Positions 1 to 8,653 of a stretch of 64,000 nt of DNA are shown here, piece after piece (the stretch's first letter is position 1; each line of letters begins with the position of its first letter). The DNA comes from an uncultured Actinomycetes bacterium (GTDB taxonomy: Bacteria > Actinomycetota > Thermoleophilia > UBA2241). The translations under genes were made by a program, and so were the position numbers. The notes below the pieces were generated by a model that saw only the letters and a list, made by a program, of their open reading frames with translations, had not been told where the DNA came from and made no database searches. The stretch covers positions 32,001-96,000 of the forward strand of contig CAVYCN010000006.1 in NCBI GenBank assembly GCA_963767005.1. The letters run 5' to 3'.

Positions 1-389
1 TCCTCGGGTTGCGCCAGGTTGGGCACAGCCGCCGCCGAGGCCGCGTAAAACGGTGCGCCCGCGAACGAGCCGGCGAACGCGCACGCGACCATGAGCCAGG
101 GGGCACGCACGAACACGAGCGCGGCCCACGCGGCCCCGTTCAGCAACTCGGAGACGATCATCAGGCGCCGGCGGTCGGACCTGTCGACCAGGGCGCCGGC
201 GAACGGCTGCACGAAGCCCATGACGCCGAAGGTGAACAGGTAGAGGACCGACACCCAGACCGCCGAGCCCGTGCGCCGGTAGATAACGTAGGCGAGCGCG
301 ACGCCCGCCGCATTGCTGCCCGTGATGCTCACCAGGCGGCTGACGGCAAGACGCTTGATCGCGCGACGGTTGGTGGCACTGTCAGGCAC
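1..389 (-). CDS. MFS transporter, N-terminal part (runs off window start)
   Basis: Not in the ORF track. Manual translation from GTG 389 (RBS GGGGAGG) gives MPDSATNRRAIKRLAVSRLVSITG...QPFAGALVDRSDRRRLMIVSE, with MFS motif A (GxLxDRxxRR) and hydrophobic helices. Confidence 0.85.
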   Translation of the reverse strand, partial: MPDSATNRRAIKRLAVSRLVSITGSNAAGVALAYVIYRRTGSAVWVSVLYLFTFGVMGFVQPFAGALVDRSDRRRLMIVSELLNGAAWAALVFVRAPWLMVACAFAGSFAGAPFYAASAAAVPNLAQPE

Positions 390-424
390 TGGCCTCCCCC
401 CGACGAAGCGACGATACTATCACC

Positions 425-1303
425 ATGGCACAAAGCCCACAGCGGGCAGTCGTCGACCTCGTGAACGCGCGCTACTCGTGTCGCGCGTACCGCGACGAGC
501 CGATCGCCGCCGACGCGCGAGCCAGCCTCGCCGCGCACCTGGCGACGCACACCGTGGGGCCGCTCGGCTCACGGGCGCGCTTCGCTCTGGTCGCCGCGGC
601 TCCCGAAGACTCGGCCGCGCTGCGTCGCCTCGGCACCTACGGCTTCATCAAGGGCGCCCAGGGGTTCCTCGTCGGCGCCGTGCGGCGCGGCCCGCACGAC
701 CTCGAGGACTACGGCTACCTGGTCGAACAGGCCATCCTGCAGGCGACCGGTCTCGGCCTCGGCACCTGCTGGCTGGGCGGCACGTTCACCAGGGGCAGCT
801 TCGCTCAGCGCCTCGGCGACCTCGAACGCGGCGAGATCATGCCGGCCGTAGTGTCGCTCGGCTACCCGGCCGGTGACGGCAGCGCGCGCATCCGCGAACG
901 CGAGGCGGGCAGCCGCAGGCTGCCCGCCTCCTCCCTGTTCCTCGCCGAGCGCCTCGGCGAACCGCTCGAGCTCGCGGCCGGCGATCCCTGGACCACGGCG
1001 CTCGAGGCGGTGCGCATGGCGCCCTCGGCCAGCAACAAGCAGCCCTGGCGCGTGCTGCGGCGCGGCGCCGACTGGCACTTTCTGCTGGAGCGCACGAAGC
1101 GCTACGGCAAAGGCAGCGCGCTCTTTGCCGTGCTGCGCCTGGCCGACCTGCAGCGCGTCGACCTGGGCATCGCCCTCTGCCACTTCGAGCTCGTCGCGCG
1201 CGAACTCGGCCTGGGCGGCGGCTGGGTGCTCGACGAGTCGGCGGCCGCCGTGTCGGGCACCGGCCTCGAGTACGTCGCGACCTGGCGCGGCCACAGCGCC
1301 TGA
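425..1303 (+). CDS. Nitroreductase family protein (two-domain type)
   Basis: RYSCRAY, LGLGTCWLGG and AVRMAPSASNKQPW motifs. Confidence 0.9.
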   Translation: MAQSPQRAVVDLVNARYSCRAYRDEPIAADARASLAAHLATHTVGPLGSRARFALVAAAPEDSAALRRLGTYGFIKGAQGFLVGAVRRGPHDLEDYGYLVEQAILQATGLGLGTCWLGGTFTRGSFAQRLGDLERGEIMPAVVSLGYPAGDGSARIREREAGSRRLPASSLFLAERLGEPLELAAGDPWTTALEAVRMAPSASNKQPWRVLRRGADWHFLLERTKRYGKGSALFAVLRLADLQRVDLGIALCHFELVARELGLGGGWVLDESAAAVSGTGLEYVATWRGHSA

Positions 1304-1309
1304 GCGGCG

Positions 1310-1984
1310 CTACCCGGCCCGCTTCCCTTGCTCGCGGCGCAACGCCGCCTCGAGGCCGTCGAGCAGCACCGTCACGTGGAACTCGAAGGCCTCGTCCAGA
1401 GTGAGCAGCCAGGCCTGTGTGGGCACCGTGGCAAAGGCGCCGCCCGCCGCCTGGAGCGTGGCCTCGTCGACCTGCGCCTCGGGCACGTCGCGAAAGACCG
1501 CGGGATCGCCCGCGGCCAGCAGAAAGCCGTTCAGCGCGGTAAAGAACGACGACAGGGCCTGCGCGCTCGCGGCGGCGCCGAAGCCGGCGTTCTGGAGTCG
1601 CTCGATGAGCACGGCGCCACGCTCGAGCAGCGTGGCGCCGGCCGTCGAGCGGGTCGCCAGCAGCACGAAGGCGCCCGGATGTCGCCGGGCGAGATCGCGC
1701 CAGGCGTGCGCGGCCGCCGCGAGGCAGTCGCGCCAGCCGCCGGCCGGCGGCTCGGGCAGCTCGCGTGCCAGGGCGTCGGCCATGACGTCGAGCAGCGCCG
1801 CCTTGGACGGCACGTGATGGTAGAGCGACATCGCCTCGACGCCGAGCCCCTCGGCCAGGCGGCGCATGCTCAGGGCGTCGAGCCCGTCACGGTCGGCGAT
1901 CGCGATGGCCTGGCGGGCGATGCGCTCGACCGACAGCGCCGGCCGCGCGGGACGCCCGACCCCGCGCTCCTTCTTCTCAGTCAT
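1310..1984 (-). CDS. TetR family regulator with TetR_C-type C-terminal domain
   Basis: HTH LSMRRLAEGLGVEAMSLYHHVPSKAALL. Start is ATG 1984 or GTG 1993. Confidence 0.9.
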   Translation of the reverse strand: MTEKKERGVGRPARPALSVERIARQAIAIADRDGLDALSMRRLAEGLGVEAMSLYHHVPSKAALLDVMADALARELPEPPAGGWRDCLAAAAHAWRDLARRHPGAFVLLATRSTAGATLLERGAVLIERLQNAGFGAAASAQALSSFFTALNGFLLAAGDPAVFRDVPEAQVDEATLQAAGGAFATVPTQAWLLTLDEAFEFHVTVLLDGLEAALRREQGKRAG

Positions 1985-1986
1985 GG

Positions 1987-2040
1987 TTGACACCTTACGC
2001 CGTAAGGACTAGTCTGGCAAGCGGACCTTACGCCGTAAGA
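1987..2040 (+). promoter_or_regulatory. Sigma70-type promoter with two TetR operator palindromes
   Basis: TTGACA (1987-1992), 17 bp, TAGTCT (2010-2015). Palindrome CCTTACG-C-CGTAAGG at 1993-2007, second copy CCTTACGCCGTAAGA at 2026-2040. Confidence 0.8.
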
Positions 2041-2057
2041 TATCGACCGGGGGGCAC

Positions 2058-2795
2058 ATGGCACAACGAGACGACATCAGAGACCTGCCGCAGGACGGCG
2101 TCGTCGAGCTCGGCGCCGCGCAGGCCGACGGCCGCATCCTGCGCTCTGTCCGCACCGACGCGCTCCAGGGCCGCGACGCTCGCTTCAACCGCCTCTACGA
2201 CCGTCTGGCTCCGCTCTACGACTGGAACGAACAGATCGGTGGCCGTGTTTTCGGCGTCGACGCCGGGAGGGAGCGCGCGGCCATCGTCGAGCGTCTCGGG
2301 CTGCGGCCCGGGATGAGCGTGCTCGAGGTCTCCCCCGGTCCCGGTGTCTACCAGGGCCTCATCTCCGAGCGGCTCGGAGCCGCCGGGCGGCTGGTCGAGC
2401 TCGATCTCTCGATCGGCATGCTACGCGCCTGCGCCCGCCGCGCGCGGCGCGGCGGGCGTCACCCCCTGCTGGTCCAGGCCGACGCCGCCCGTCTACCCTT
2501 CGTCGACGACGCGTTCGACGTCGTGTTCCACTTCGGCGGCGTCAAGCTCTTCAATGAGCCGCAGCGCGCACTCGCCGAGTTCGTGCGAGTAGCGCGGCCC
2601 GGGGCGACCGTCGTGTGGGGCGACGAGGGCTTCGGGCAGGGGGCGCCGCGCGGCTGGCGCCGGCGCGCCCTGCAGCGCATGAACCCCGGCTTTCTCGAGC
2701 CCGTCCCGCCGTCGCCGGCGGGCCTTGCCGACGAGCGTCGGTACGAGATCATGAACGGCTGTGCCTGGCTGATCGTCGCGCGCAAGCAGGCCTGA
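2058..2795 (+). CDS. Class I SAM-dependent methyltransferase (UbiE-like)
   Basis: VLEVSPGPG, LDLSIGML and ADAARLPFVDDAFD motifs. Confidence 0.9.
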   Translation: MAQRDDIRDLPQDGVVELGAAQADGRILRSVRTDALQGRDARFNRLYDRLAPLYDWNEQIGGRVFGVDAGRERAAIVERLGLRPGMSVLEVSPGPGVYQGLISERLGAAGRLVELDLSIGMLRACARRARRGGRHPLLVQADAARLPFVDDAFDVVFHFGGVKLFNEPQRALAEFVRVARPGATVVWGDEGFGQGAPRGWRRRALQRMNPGFLEPVPPSPAGLADERRYEIMNGCAWLIVARKQA

Positions 2796-2856
2796 CGCCC
2801 GGTCAGCCGATCGACTTCGTCGTCGGCGCTCAGGCGGACGTGACTTCGCTGCGCGC

Positions 2857-4710
2857 CTAGCGCAACGCGGCCAGGCGCGGGAAGCGGCTCTGCACCGCGG
2901 CGACCTCGCGCATGGCCTCCTGCAGGGTGGCCCGCGTGAGCGGCCGCAGCGTGTTCACGTCGATCTCGTTGTCGATCTTGCGGCCGTTGCGGATGGCGAA
3001 GGCGTGGTGGCGTAGCTGCAGGTGCGCCATGCTCGTGTAGGCCTCGCGCAAGGAGCGCTCGGCCGCCGTCTCCTCGCCATCGGACTCGCGCACGGCGATC
3101 AGGCGCTCCACCGTCGAGTGGGCGCTGATGCCGCGCGCGAAGGCACGATAGCGGGCCATGTTCTGGATGGGCACGAGGCCGTGCTTTTTGATGTCGATCG
3201 TGCCCTCGACGCGCTGCCGGAAGCCGAGCGGCAGGCGCGTGCGCGCGGCGAGCTGAGCAAGCCCCTGCATGAAGCTCTTGTGGTGCGGTGCCTCGCGCAT
3301 GATCTCGGTGAGGGCGAGGTCGATGTAGAGCTCGCCGGACACCTGGCGAAAGTCGAAAGCCACGCTGGCCCGCGCCAGGCGCTCGAGGTCGCGGCCCTCG
3401 AGGCAATCCTCGAAGACCCGCTGCCAGGCCGACAGCGACATGCGCCACTGCTGGTAGCGCGCCAGCACGCCGTGCGGGTCGGACTCGTAGCCGCAGAGCT
3501 CGAGGCCCTGGTTCACGTCGTCGGCGAGGGCCTTGAAGTACTGGTCGATGGCCGGGTCGTCGCTGTCGGCGTAGGCGAGGCCGTTGTCCTGGTCGGAGGC
3601 CAGGGTGAGCTCGCTGCGGGCGCTGCTGCCGAAGGCGAGCCAGGCGAAGGGAACCGGTGGATCGCCGTGGGCCGCGATCGAGAGCTCGAGCAGACGCGCG
3701 ATCATGGCGTCGTTCAACACAGTGAGCACGCGCATGAGCTGCGGCGCGTCGAGATGAGCCTCGAGCAGGTCGACGAACAGGTGGGGCACGTCGGCCGCGA
3801 AGCGCACGAGGTCGTCGCGGGTCGCCGCCGTCTGCAGCGAGCGGCGCAGCGCGAACGGGCTGCGGGCGTCGAGCGTCATCAGGTTGCTGGCCGACAGGAT
3901 GCCGAGCACCTCGCCCTCGGCGTCGAGCACCGGCAGGTGGTTCACGCCCGCGGTCATCATCGCGATGCTGGCCTCGGGGGCGAGCACCTCAGCGCCGATC
4001 GTGTGCACCGGCGTGGTCATGATGGCCGACACGGGCGCGTCGCGCGACACGCCCGCGAGCACCACCTTGTCGCGGAAGTCGAGGTCGGTGACGATGCCGA
4101 GGCCGTCGCGCAGGCGCACGAGCAGGGCGCTGCGCCCGGCATCGGACAGGATGCGGGCCGCCTCGTGGATCGGCGTGTCGGGCTCACAGAACAGCGGCGC
4201 GCTGCGCACGACCGAGGTCACTGCGCGGTTGCGCACGTCGGGCAGCGAGCGCATGGTCCGGGCCGCCTGGATCAGGCGCTCGCGCTGGTTGCCGGAAAGC
4301 CACGTGAGGCCCTCGGGGTGGCGCAGCAGATCGAAGGTCACGTCCTTGGGGATGCAGTACAGGATGGACTCGACGCTGGCTCGCACGGTGAACTCGGGCG
4401 ACAGGCCGGTCAGCAGCGTGGTGTGGCCGAACACCTCGCCGCGCGTGACGATCGCCACGACGGCCTCTTTGTGCACGAGCTCGAGCGTGCCCTGGTAGAC
4501 GACGTAGAGCTCGGTGCCCGGCACGCCGCTCTCGACGAGCACGGCCTCGCCGGCCGGCGCGCTGCGTTCGACGATCGAGCTCGCGACGCGCTCGAGCTCG
4601 AGCTTGCTGAGCCCGTTGAAGGGCTCGATGTCGGCCAGAAAGCGCATGCGCAGCTTGACCTGCTCGGCGCCGGGGGCCGGCTTGGTGGTGCGCGGCGTGC
4701 GGGGCGACAT
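2857..4710 (-). CDS. cNMP-binding/CBS/DUF294 nucleotidyltransferase signal protein
   Basis: ATG 4710 after AAGGAA. cNMP domain (GEVFG), CBS pair, NTase motif FGSSARSELTLASDQDNG, IDIKKHGLVPI. Confidence 0.88.
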   Translation of the reverse strand: MSPRTPRTTKPAPGAEQVKLRMRFLADIEPFNGLSKLELERVASSIVERSAPAGEAVLVESGVPGTELYVVYQGTLELVHKEAVVAIVTRGEVFGHTTLLTGLSPEFTVRASVESILYCIPKDVTFDLLRHPEGLTWLSGNQRERLIQAARTMRSLPDVRNRAVTSVVRSAPLFCEPDTPIHEAARILSDAGRSALLVRLRDGLGIVTDLDFRDKVVLAGVSRDAPVSAIMTTPVHTIGAEVLAPEASIAMMTAGVNHLPVLDAEGEVLGILSASNLMTLDARSPFALRRSLQTAATRDDLVRFAADVPHLFVDLLEAHLDAPQLMRVLTVLNDAMIARLLELSIAAHGDPPVPFAWLAFGSSARSELTLASDQDNGLAYADSDDPAIDQYFKALADDVNQGLELCGYESDPHGVLARYQQWRMSLSAWQRVFEDCLEGRDLERLARASVAFDFRQVSGELYIDLALTEIMREAPHHKSFMQGLAQLAARTRLPLGFRQRVEGTIDIKKHGLVPIQNMARYRAFARGISAHSTVERLIAVRESDGEETAAERSLREAYTSMAHLQLRHHAFAIRNGRKIDNEIDVNTLRPLTRATLQEAMREVAAVQSRFPRLAALR

Positions 4711-4778
4711 GGCGTTCCTTCGGTCGGATGCGAGGCTGACGGTGGGGTGTTCGGCCGGCGGGCGACCGCTCCTGCCGC

Positions 4779-5561
4779 CTAGTCTACGTGAGGAGCGATC
4801 GGCAGGAGCTCGTTGGCCCGCAGGTAGGCGAGACTGGCCAGCACGTCGGCCTCGCTGGTCATCTCGAGGGCGATGGTGGCCCCGGCCGCGCGCGCCGCGG
4901 TGAGCACAGGGCCGGCGTCGACCACACCGGTGCCGAGCGGCCGGTGGCTGTCGCCGTCGCCGCGCCCGAGGTTGTCGTGCAGGTGCACATGGACCACGTC
5001 GGCCTGCGGCTCCGACAACCACTCGGCGAGCGTGCCGGTGAGGGCGGCGTGACCGGCGTCGAGCACGACCCCGAGGCCCTGCAGGTCGAGGTCGCCGGGC
5101 CGCGTGAAGTGCGACTGGCGCTGGAACGGCATGTTCTCGACCGCCACGCGCACGCCGAGCTCGTCCTGCATCTCGCGCAGACGCGCGAACGAGCGCTGCA
5201 GAGCGAGGGCCACCCGGCGGCTCCAGGGCCGCGGCCGGCGCTGGATGTCGGGGTGAACGATGTACAGGAAGGCGCCGTGCTCGGCCGCCACCTCGAGGTG
5301 GCGCCGGTGCACCTCGAGGGCCGTCCGGTGGCGGCCGTTCGAGGCGCCGGCGAACTCGAAGTGCGTGAACGGCCCGTGCACGCTGAACGGCAGACCCGCG
5401 GCGGCGAGCGCCTGTCCGTTGCCGGGCTCGGTCAGCGAGTGCTGCCCGAACGAGAAGACCTCGGCCGCTGGTGCGATCTGGGCGATGCGGGCCAGGGCGT
5501 CGGCGAGCGGCAGTCCGGCGTAAGCGCCGGTCGACACGCCGATGTCGGAGTCGTGCTGCAC
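4779..5561 (-). CDS. Sugar phosphate isomerase/epimerase (AP endonuclease 2-type TIM barrel)
   Basis: GTG 5561 after GGAGG. SVHGPF, AVENMP, LDAGHA, HVHLHDN...DSHRPLGTG, IALE motifs. Confidence 0.88.
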   Translation of the reverse strand: MQHDSDIGVSTGAYAGLPLADALARIAQIAPAAEVFSFGQHSLTEPGNGQALAAAGLPFSVHGPFTHFEFAGASNGRHRTALEVHRRHLEVAAEHGAFLYIVHPDIQRRPRPWSRRVALALQRSFARLREMQDELGVRVAVENMPFQRQSHFTRPGDLDLQGLGVVLDAGHAALTGTLAEWLSEPQADVVHVHLHDNLGRGDGDSHRPLGTGVVDAGPVLTAARAAGATIALEMTSEADVLASLAYLRANELLPIAPHVD

Positions 5562-5998
5562 GCGGCCTCCAGTATATGTGACCCGGAGTATGCCCCGCCG
5601 CGCGCGGCGACACGACACCACCGGCCGTCCTATCATGGGCGCAGGTGACGACAGCTTGACGAGGGTCGCCACCGGCTCGAAGCGACGAACGACGAAGGCG
5701 ACGATGGAGCGCAGGTGCCCGCAACCAGCGACGACGCGCCCGGCAGGCGCGTCCTGCGCCTGCGCGACCTGAACCGGGCGACGCTCGCGTGGCAGCTCCT
5801 GCGGCCGCGCGTGGCGCTCGGCGACGAAGCCACGCGCGTCGCGGTGGTCATCGCCGGGTGAGGGCGCCTTCGGCCCCGCGCCGCCTCGCGCTCCGCCAAG
5901 ACGTGGGTGCGAGGCCGGCTCGCGACGGCGGACAGTTTGCGCGGCACGTTTCTGGTGAAAGAATCGGTGAAACATCTGCCCGGGCAAAAGGAGACCAC

Positions 5999-6274
5999 AT
6001 GGCAAAGACAGGGCAAGCGCGGGACTATCTCAAGCCGAGAGACCCGGCGACGATCGCGCCACGTCGAGGGCGCAGGGCTTCCACATTCTATCCCGACCTC
6101 GTCGCCGCGTTCCTGGACGCCGGTGAGAAGGCCATGGACGTCGACGTGGCAAAGATCGGGCGCAAGCCCGAGACGGTGCGTTCCGCCCTGAGAAAAGCGA
6201 TTACTACGATGGGCGTGCAGGGCAAGGTGCGCGTGTCGCTGCTGGGCGACGAGGTGGTGCTGATCGCGCGCTGA
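5999..6274 (+). CDS. Small basic hypothetical protein (91 aa), possibly DNA-binding
   Basis: AAGGAG RBS before ATG 5999. K/R-rich: MAKTGQARDYLK...GRKPETVRSALRKAI. Confidence 0.7.
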   Translation: MAKTGQARDYLKPRDPATIAPRRGRRASTFYPDLVAAFLDAGEKAMDVDVAKIGRKPETVRSALRKAITTMGVQGKVRVSLLGDEVVLIAR

Positions 6275-6293
6275 CCGCGCAGGAGGGCGCCCG

Positions 6294-6370
6294 CAGAAGG
6301 CGCCGCCTCTCACGCGGGCCGGCGGTCAGAAGGCGCCGCCTCTCGCGCGGGCCGGCGGCGGCGCCTTCTG
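6294..6370. repeat. 33-bp direct repeat x2 plus an inverted arm; terminator-like hairpin between convergent genes
   Basis: CAGAAGGCGCCGCCTCTCRCGCGGGCCGGCGG at 6294 and 6327, followed by GGCGCCTTCTG (6360-6370). Confidence 0.65.
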
Positions 6371-6384
6371 CCGCCGGCCGCCGG

Positions 6385-7779
6385 CTAGCCGGCGAACGAC
6401 TCGTCGATCGAGCGGGCGGCGCGGCGGCCCGCGCCCATCGCGCTGATCACGGTGGCCGCCCCGGTCACGACGTCGCCGCCGGCCCATACCCCGGGCCGCG
6501 ACGTGGCGCCGGTCTCTTCGCTTGCCACGATGTTGCCCTTGCGCCCCACCTCGAGGCCCGGCGTGGTCATGGGGATCAGCGGGTTGGGGCTGTTGCCGAT
6601 CGCGCAGACCGACGCGTCCATCTCCATGATGAACTCCGAGCCGGGCACCTCGACCGGCCGGCGCCGGCCCGACTCGTCGGGCTCGCCGAGCTCCATGCGA
6701 CGGCACTCGATGCTCGCCAGGCGCCCGGCCTCGTCGCCGATGAGCTGCACGGGCAGCGTGAGAAAGTCGAAGATCACGCCCTCTTCCTCGGCGTTCTCGG
6801 CCTCTTCGGCGCGCGCCGGCAGCTCGGCGCGCGAGCGCCGGTAGACGATGTGCACCTCGTCGGCGCCCAGGCGCAGCGCGGTGCGCGCCGAGTCCATCGC
6901 CACGTTGCCCCCGCCGAACACGGCGACCCGCGCCGGCCGCTTGAGCGGTGTGTCGTAGGCCGGAAAGCGAAAGCCGCGCATGAGGTTGCAGCGCGTGAGG
7001 TACTCGTTGGCCGAAAAGACGCCGTTCAGGTTCTCGCCGGGGATGTCGAGGAACCACGGCAGCCCGGCGCCGGCGCCCACGAAGACGGCGTCGAAGGTCT
7101 CGAGCAGGCGTTCGATCGTGCGCGTCTTGCCGACCACGAAGTCGAGCCGCAGCTCGACCCCGAGGCCGCGCACGTAGTCGACCTCGCGGCGCACGATCGC
7201 CTTGGGCAGGCGGAACTCGGGGATGCCGTAGGTGAGCACGCCGCCGGCCTCGTGCAGCGCCTCGTACATCGTCACCGCGTGACCGCGCAAGGCGAGGTCG
7301 GCGGCCACCGTGATGCCGGCCGGCCCCGAGCCCACGATCGCGACGTGGCGGCCGGTCGGCGGCGGGAGCGGCGCAGCCGCTCCCGCCGCCTCGCCGGCCG
7401 CCGCCTCCCAGTCGGCCACGAAGCGCTCGAGGCGGCCGATCGCCACCGGGTCGCCCTTCTTGCCGAGGATGCAGCGCGCTTCGCACTGCTCCTCCTGCGG
7501 GCAGACGCGCCCGCAGACCGCCGGCAGCGCGTTGGTCTGCTTGACGGCGCGCACGGCGGCGGCGAAGTCGCCCTCGGCCACGAGGCCCACGAAGCGCGGG
7601 ATGTCGACGCTCACCGGACAGCCGTCGACGCAGCCCGGCTTCTTGCACGACAGGCAGCGCGCCGCCTCTTCGCGGGCAAGCTGCTCGGTGTAGCCCAGGG
7701 CGACCTCGTCGAAGTTGCGCACGCGCTCGGCCGGCGCCTGCTTGGGCATGGGCCGCCGCACCAGGTCGACCTTGGCCAC
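6385..7779 (-). CDS. nfnB: NADH-dependent reduced ferredoxin:NADP+ oxidoreductase large subunit (NfnB/SudA, GltD-like)
   Basis: EAARCLSCKKPGCVDGCPV, CGRVCPQEEQCE, GSGPAG, GGGNVAMDSAR. Directly downstream of nfnA. Confidence 0.88.
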   Translation of the reverse strand: MAKVDLVRRPMPKQAPAERVRNFDEVALGYTEQLAREEAARCLSCKKPGCVDGCPVSVDIPRFVGLVAEGDFAAAVRAVKQTNALPAVCGRVCPQEEQCEARCILGKKGDPVAIGRLERFVADWEAAAGEAAGAAAPLPPPTGRHVAIVGSGPAGITVAADLALRGHAVTMYEALHEAGGVLTYGIPEFRLPKAIVRREVDYVRGLGVELRLDFVVGKTRTIERLLETFDAVFVGAGAGLPWFLDIPGENLNGVFSANEYLTRCNLMRGFRFPAYDTPLKRPARVAVFGGGNVAMDSARTALRLGADEVHIVYRRSRAELPARAEEAENAEEEGVIFDFLTLPVQLIGDEAGRLASIECRRMELGEPDESGRRRPVEVPGSEFIMEMDASVCAIGNSPNPLIPMTTPGLEVGRKGNIVASEETGATSRPGVWAGGDVVTGAATVISAMGAGRRAARSIDESFAG

Positions 7780-7819
7780 TACGCCCTCCCCCGCCCGCTG
7801 CCGGCCGCCGCGCCCATCG

Positions 7820-8653
7820 TCAGAACCTCGCCGAGCAGCCGCTGCGGTGCAGCGGTTCGACCTCTTCCTGGTGGTAGCCCTCGCGCCGGGCGAGGAACTC
7901 GTCCCAGTCGACCTCGTGGCCGTCGAACTCGGGCCCGTCGACGCAGGCGAACTTCGTCTCGCCGCCGACGCTCAGGCGACACACGCCGCACATGCCGGTG
8001 CCGTCGATCATGATCGGGTTCATGCTGACGATCGTCTTGATGCCGAGCGGCCTGGTCGCGTTGGCGACCGTCATCATCTGAAAGGTGCAGCCGTGGGCGA
8101 TCACCCGGTCGGGGACGATCTTCTCGTGGGTGAGGATCTCGGCGAGACGGGTGACGTGGCCGCGATAGCCTTTGCTGCCGTCGCGGGTCACGACGATGAG
8201 GCGCTCGACGACCGCCGCCATGCGGTCCTCCCAGTACAGCACGTACGAGCTGCGCGCCTCGATCAGGGCGAAGACCCGGTTGCCGGCCTCGCGCATGGCG
8301 CGGGCGATGGGCAGCAGGCTGCCCAGGCCGTAACAGCCGCCGACCAGCAGCACCGTGCCGAACTTGTCGATCTCGGTCTCGTTGCCGAGCGGCCCGGCGT
8401 ACGAGGCGACCGTGTCGCCGGCCTTCAGCCGGGCGAGCTTGGCGGTCGAGGCGCCGACCTGCACGAACACCGAGGTGACGGTGCCGGCCTGCGCGTCCCA
8501 GTCGGCGATCGTGAGCGGGATGCGCTCGCCGCGCTCGTCGGGCCGCAGGATCACGAAGTTGCCCGCCCGCGCGCTCTCGGCGACGTCGGGCGCCTCGACG
8601 GTCAGCAGGTGCACGTTGGGCACCAGCATGCGGCGTTCAACGACCGGGACCAT
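7820..8653 (-). CDS. nfnA: Nfn small subunit (NfnA/SudB, PyrK-like FAD/[2Fe-2S])
   Basis: ATG 8653 after GGAGGTGG. ERIPLTIAD, GPLGN, MIDGTGMCGVCR...FACVDGPEFDG. Confidence 0.88.
   Translation of the reverse strand: MVPVVERRMLVPNVHLLTVEAPDVAESARAGNFVILRPDERGERIPLTIADWDAQAGTVTSVFVQVGASTAKLARLKAGDTVASYAGPLGNETEIDKFGTVLLVGGCYGLGSLLPIARAMREAGNRVFALIEARSSYVLYWEDRMAAVVERLIVVTRDGSKGYRGHVTRLAEILTHEKIVPDRVIAHGCTFQMMTVANATRPLGIKTIVSMNPIMIDGTGMCGVCRLSVGGETKFACVDGPEFDGHEVDWDEFLARREGYHQEEVEPLHRSGCSARF

Noticed and set aside
6385-7779. Glutamate synthase small subunit (gltD)
   Set aside because: No gltB is nearby, and pairing with an NfnA-type gene indicates Nfn.
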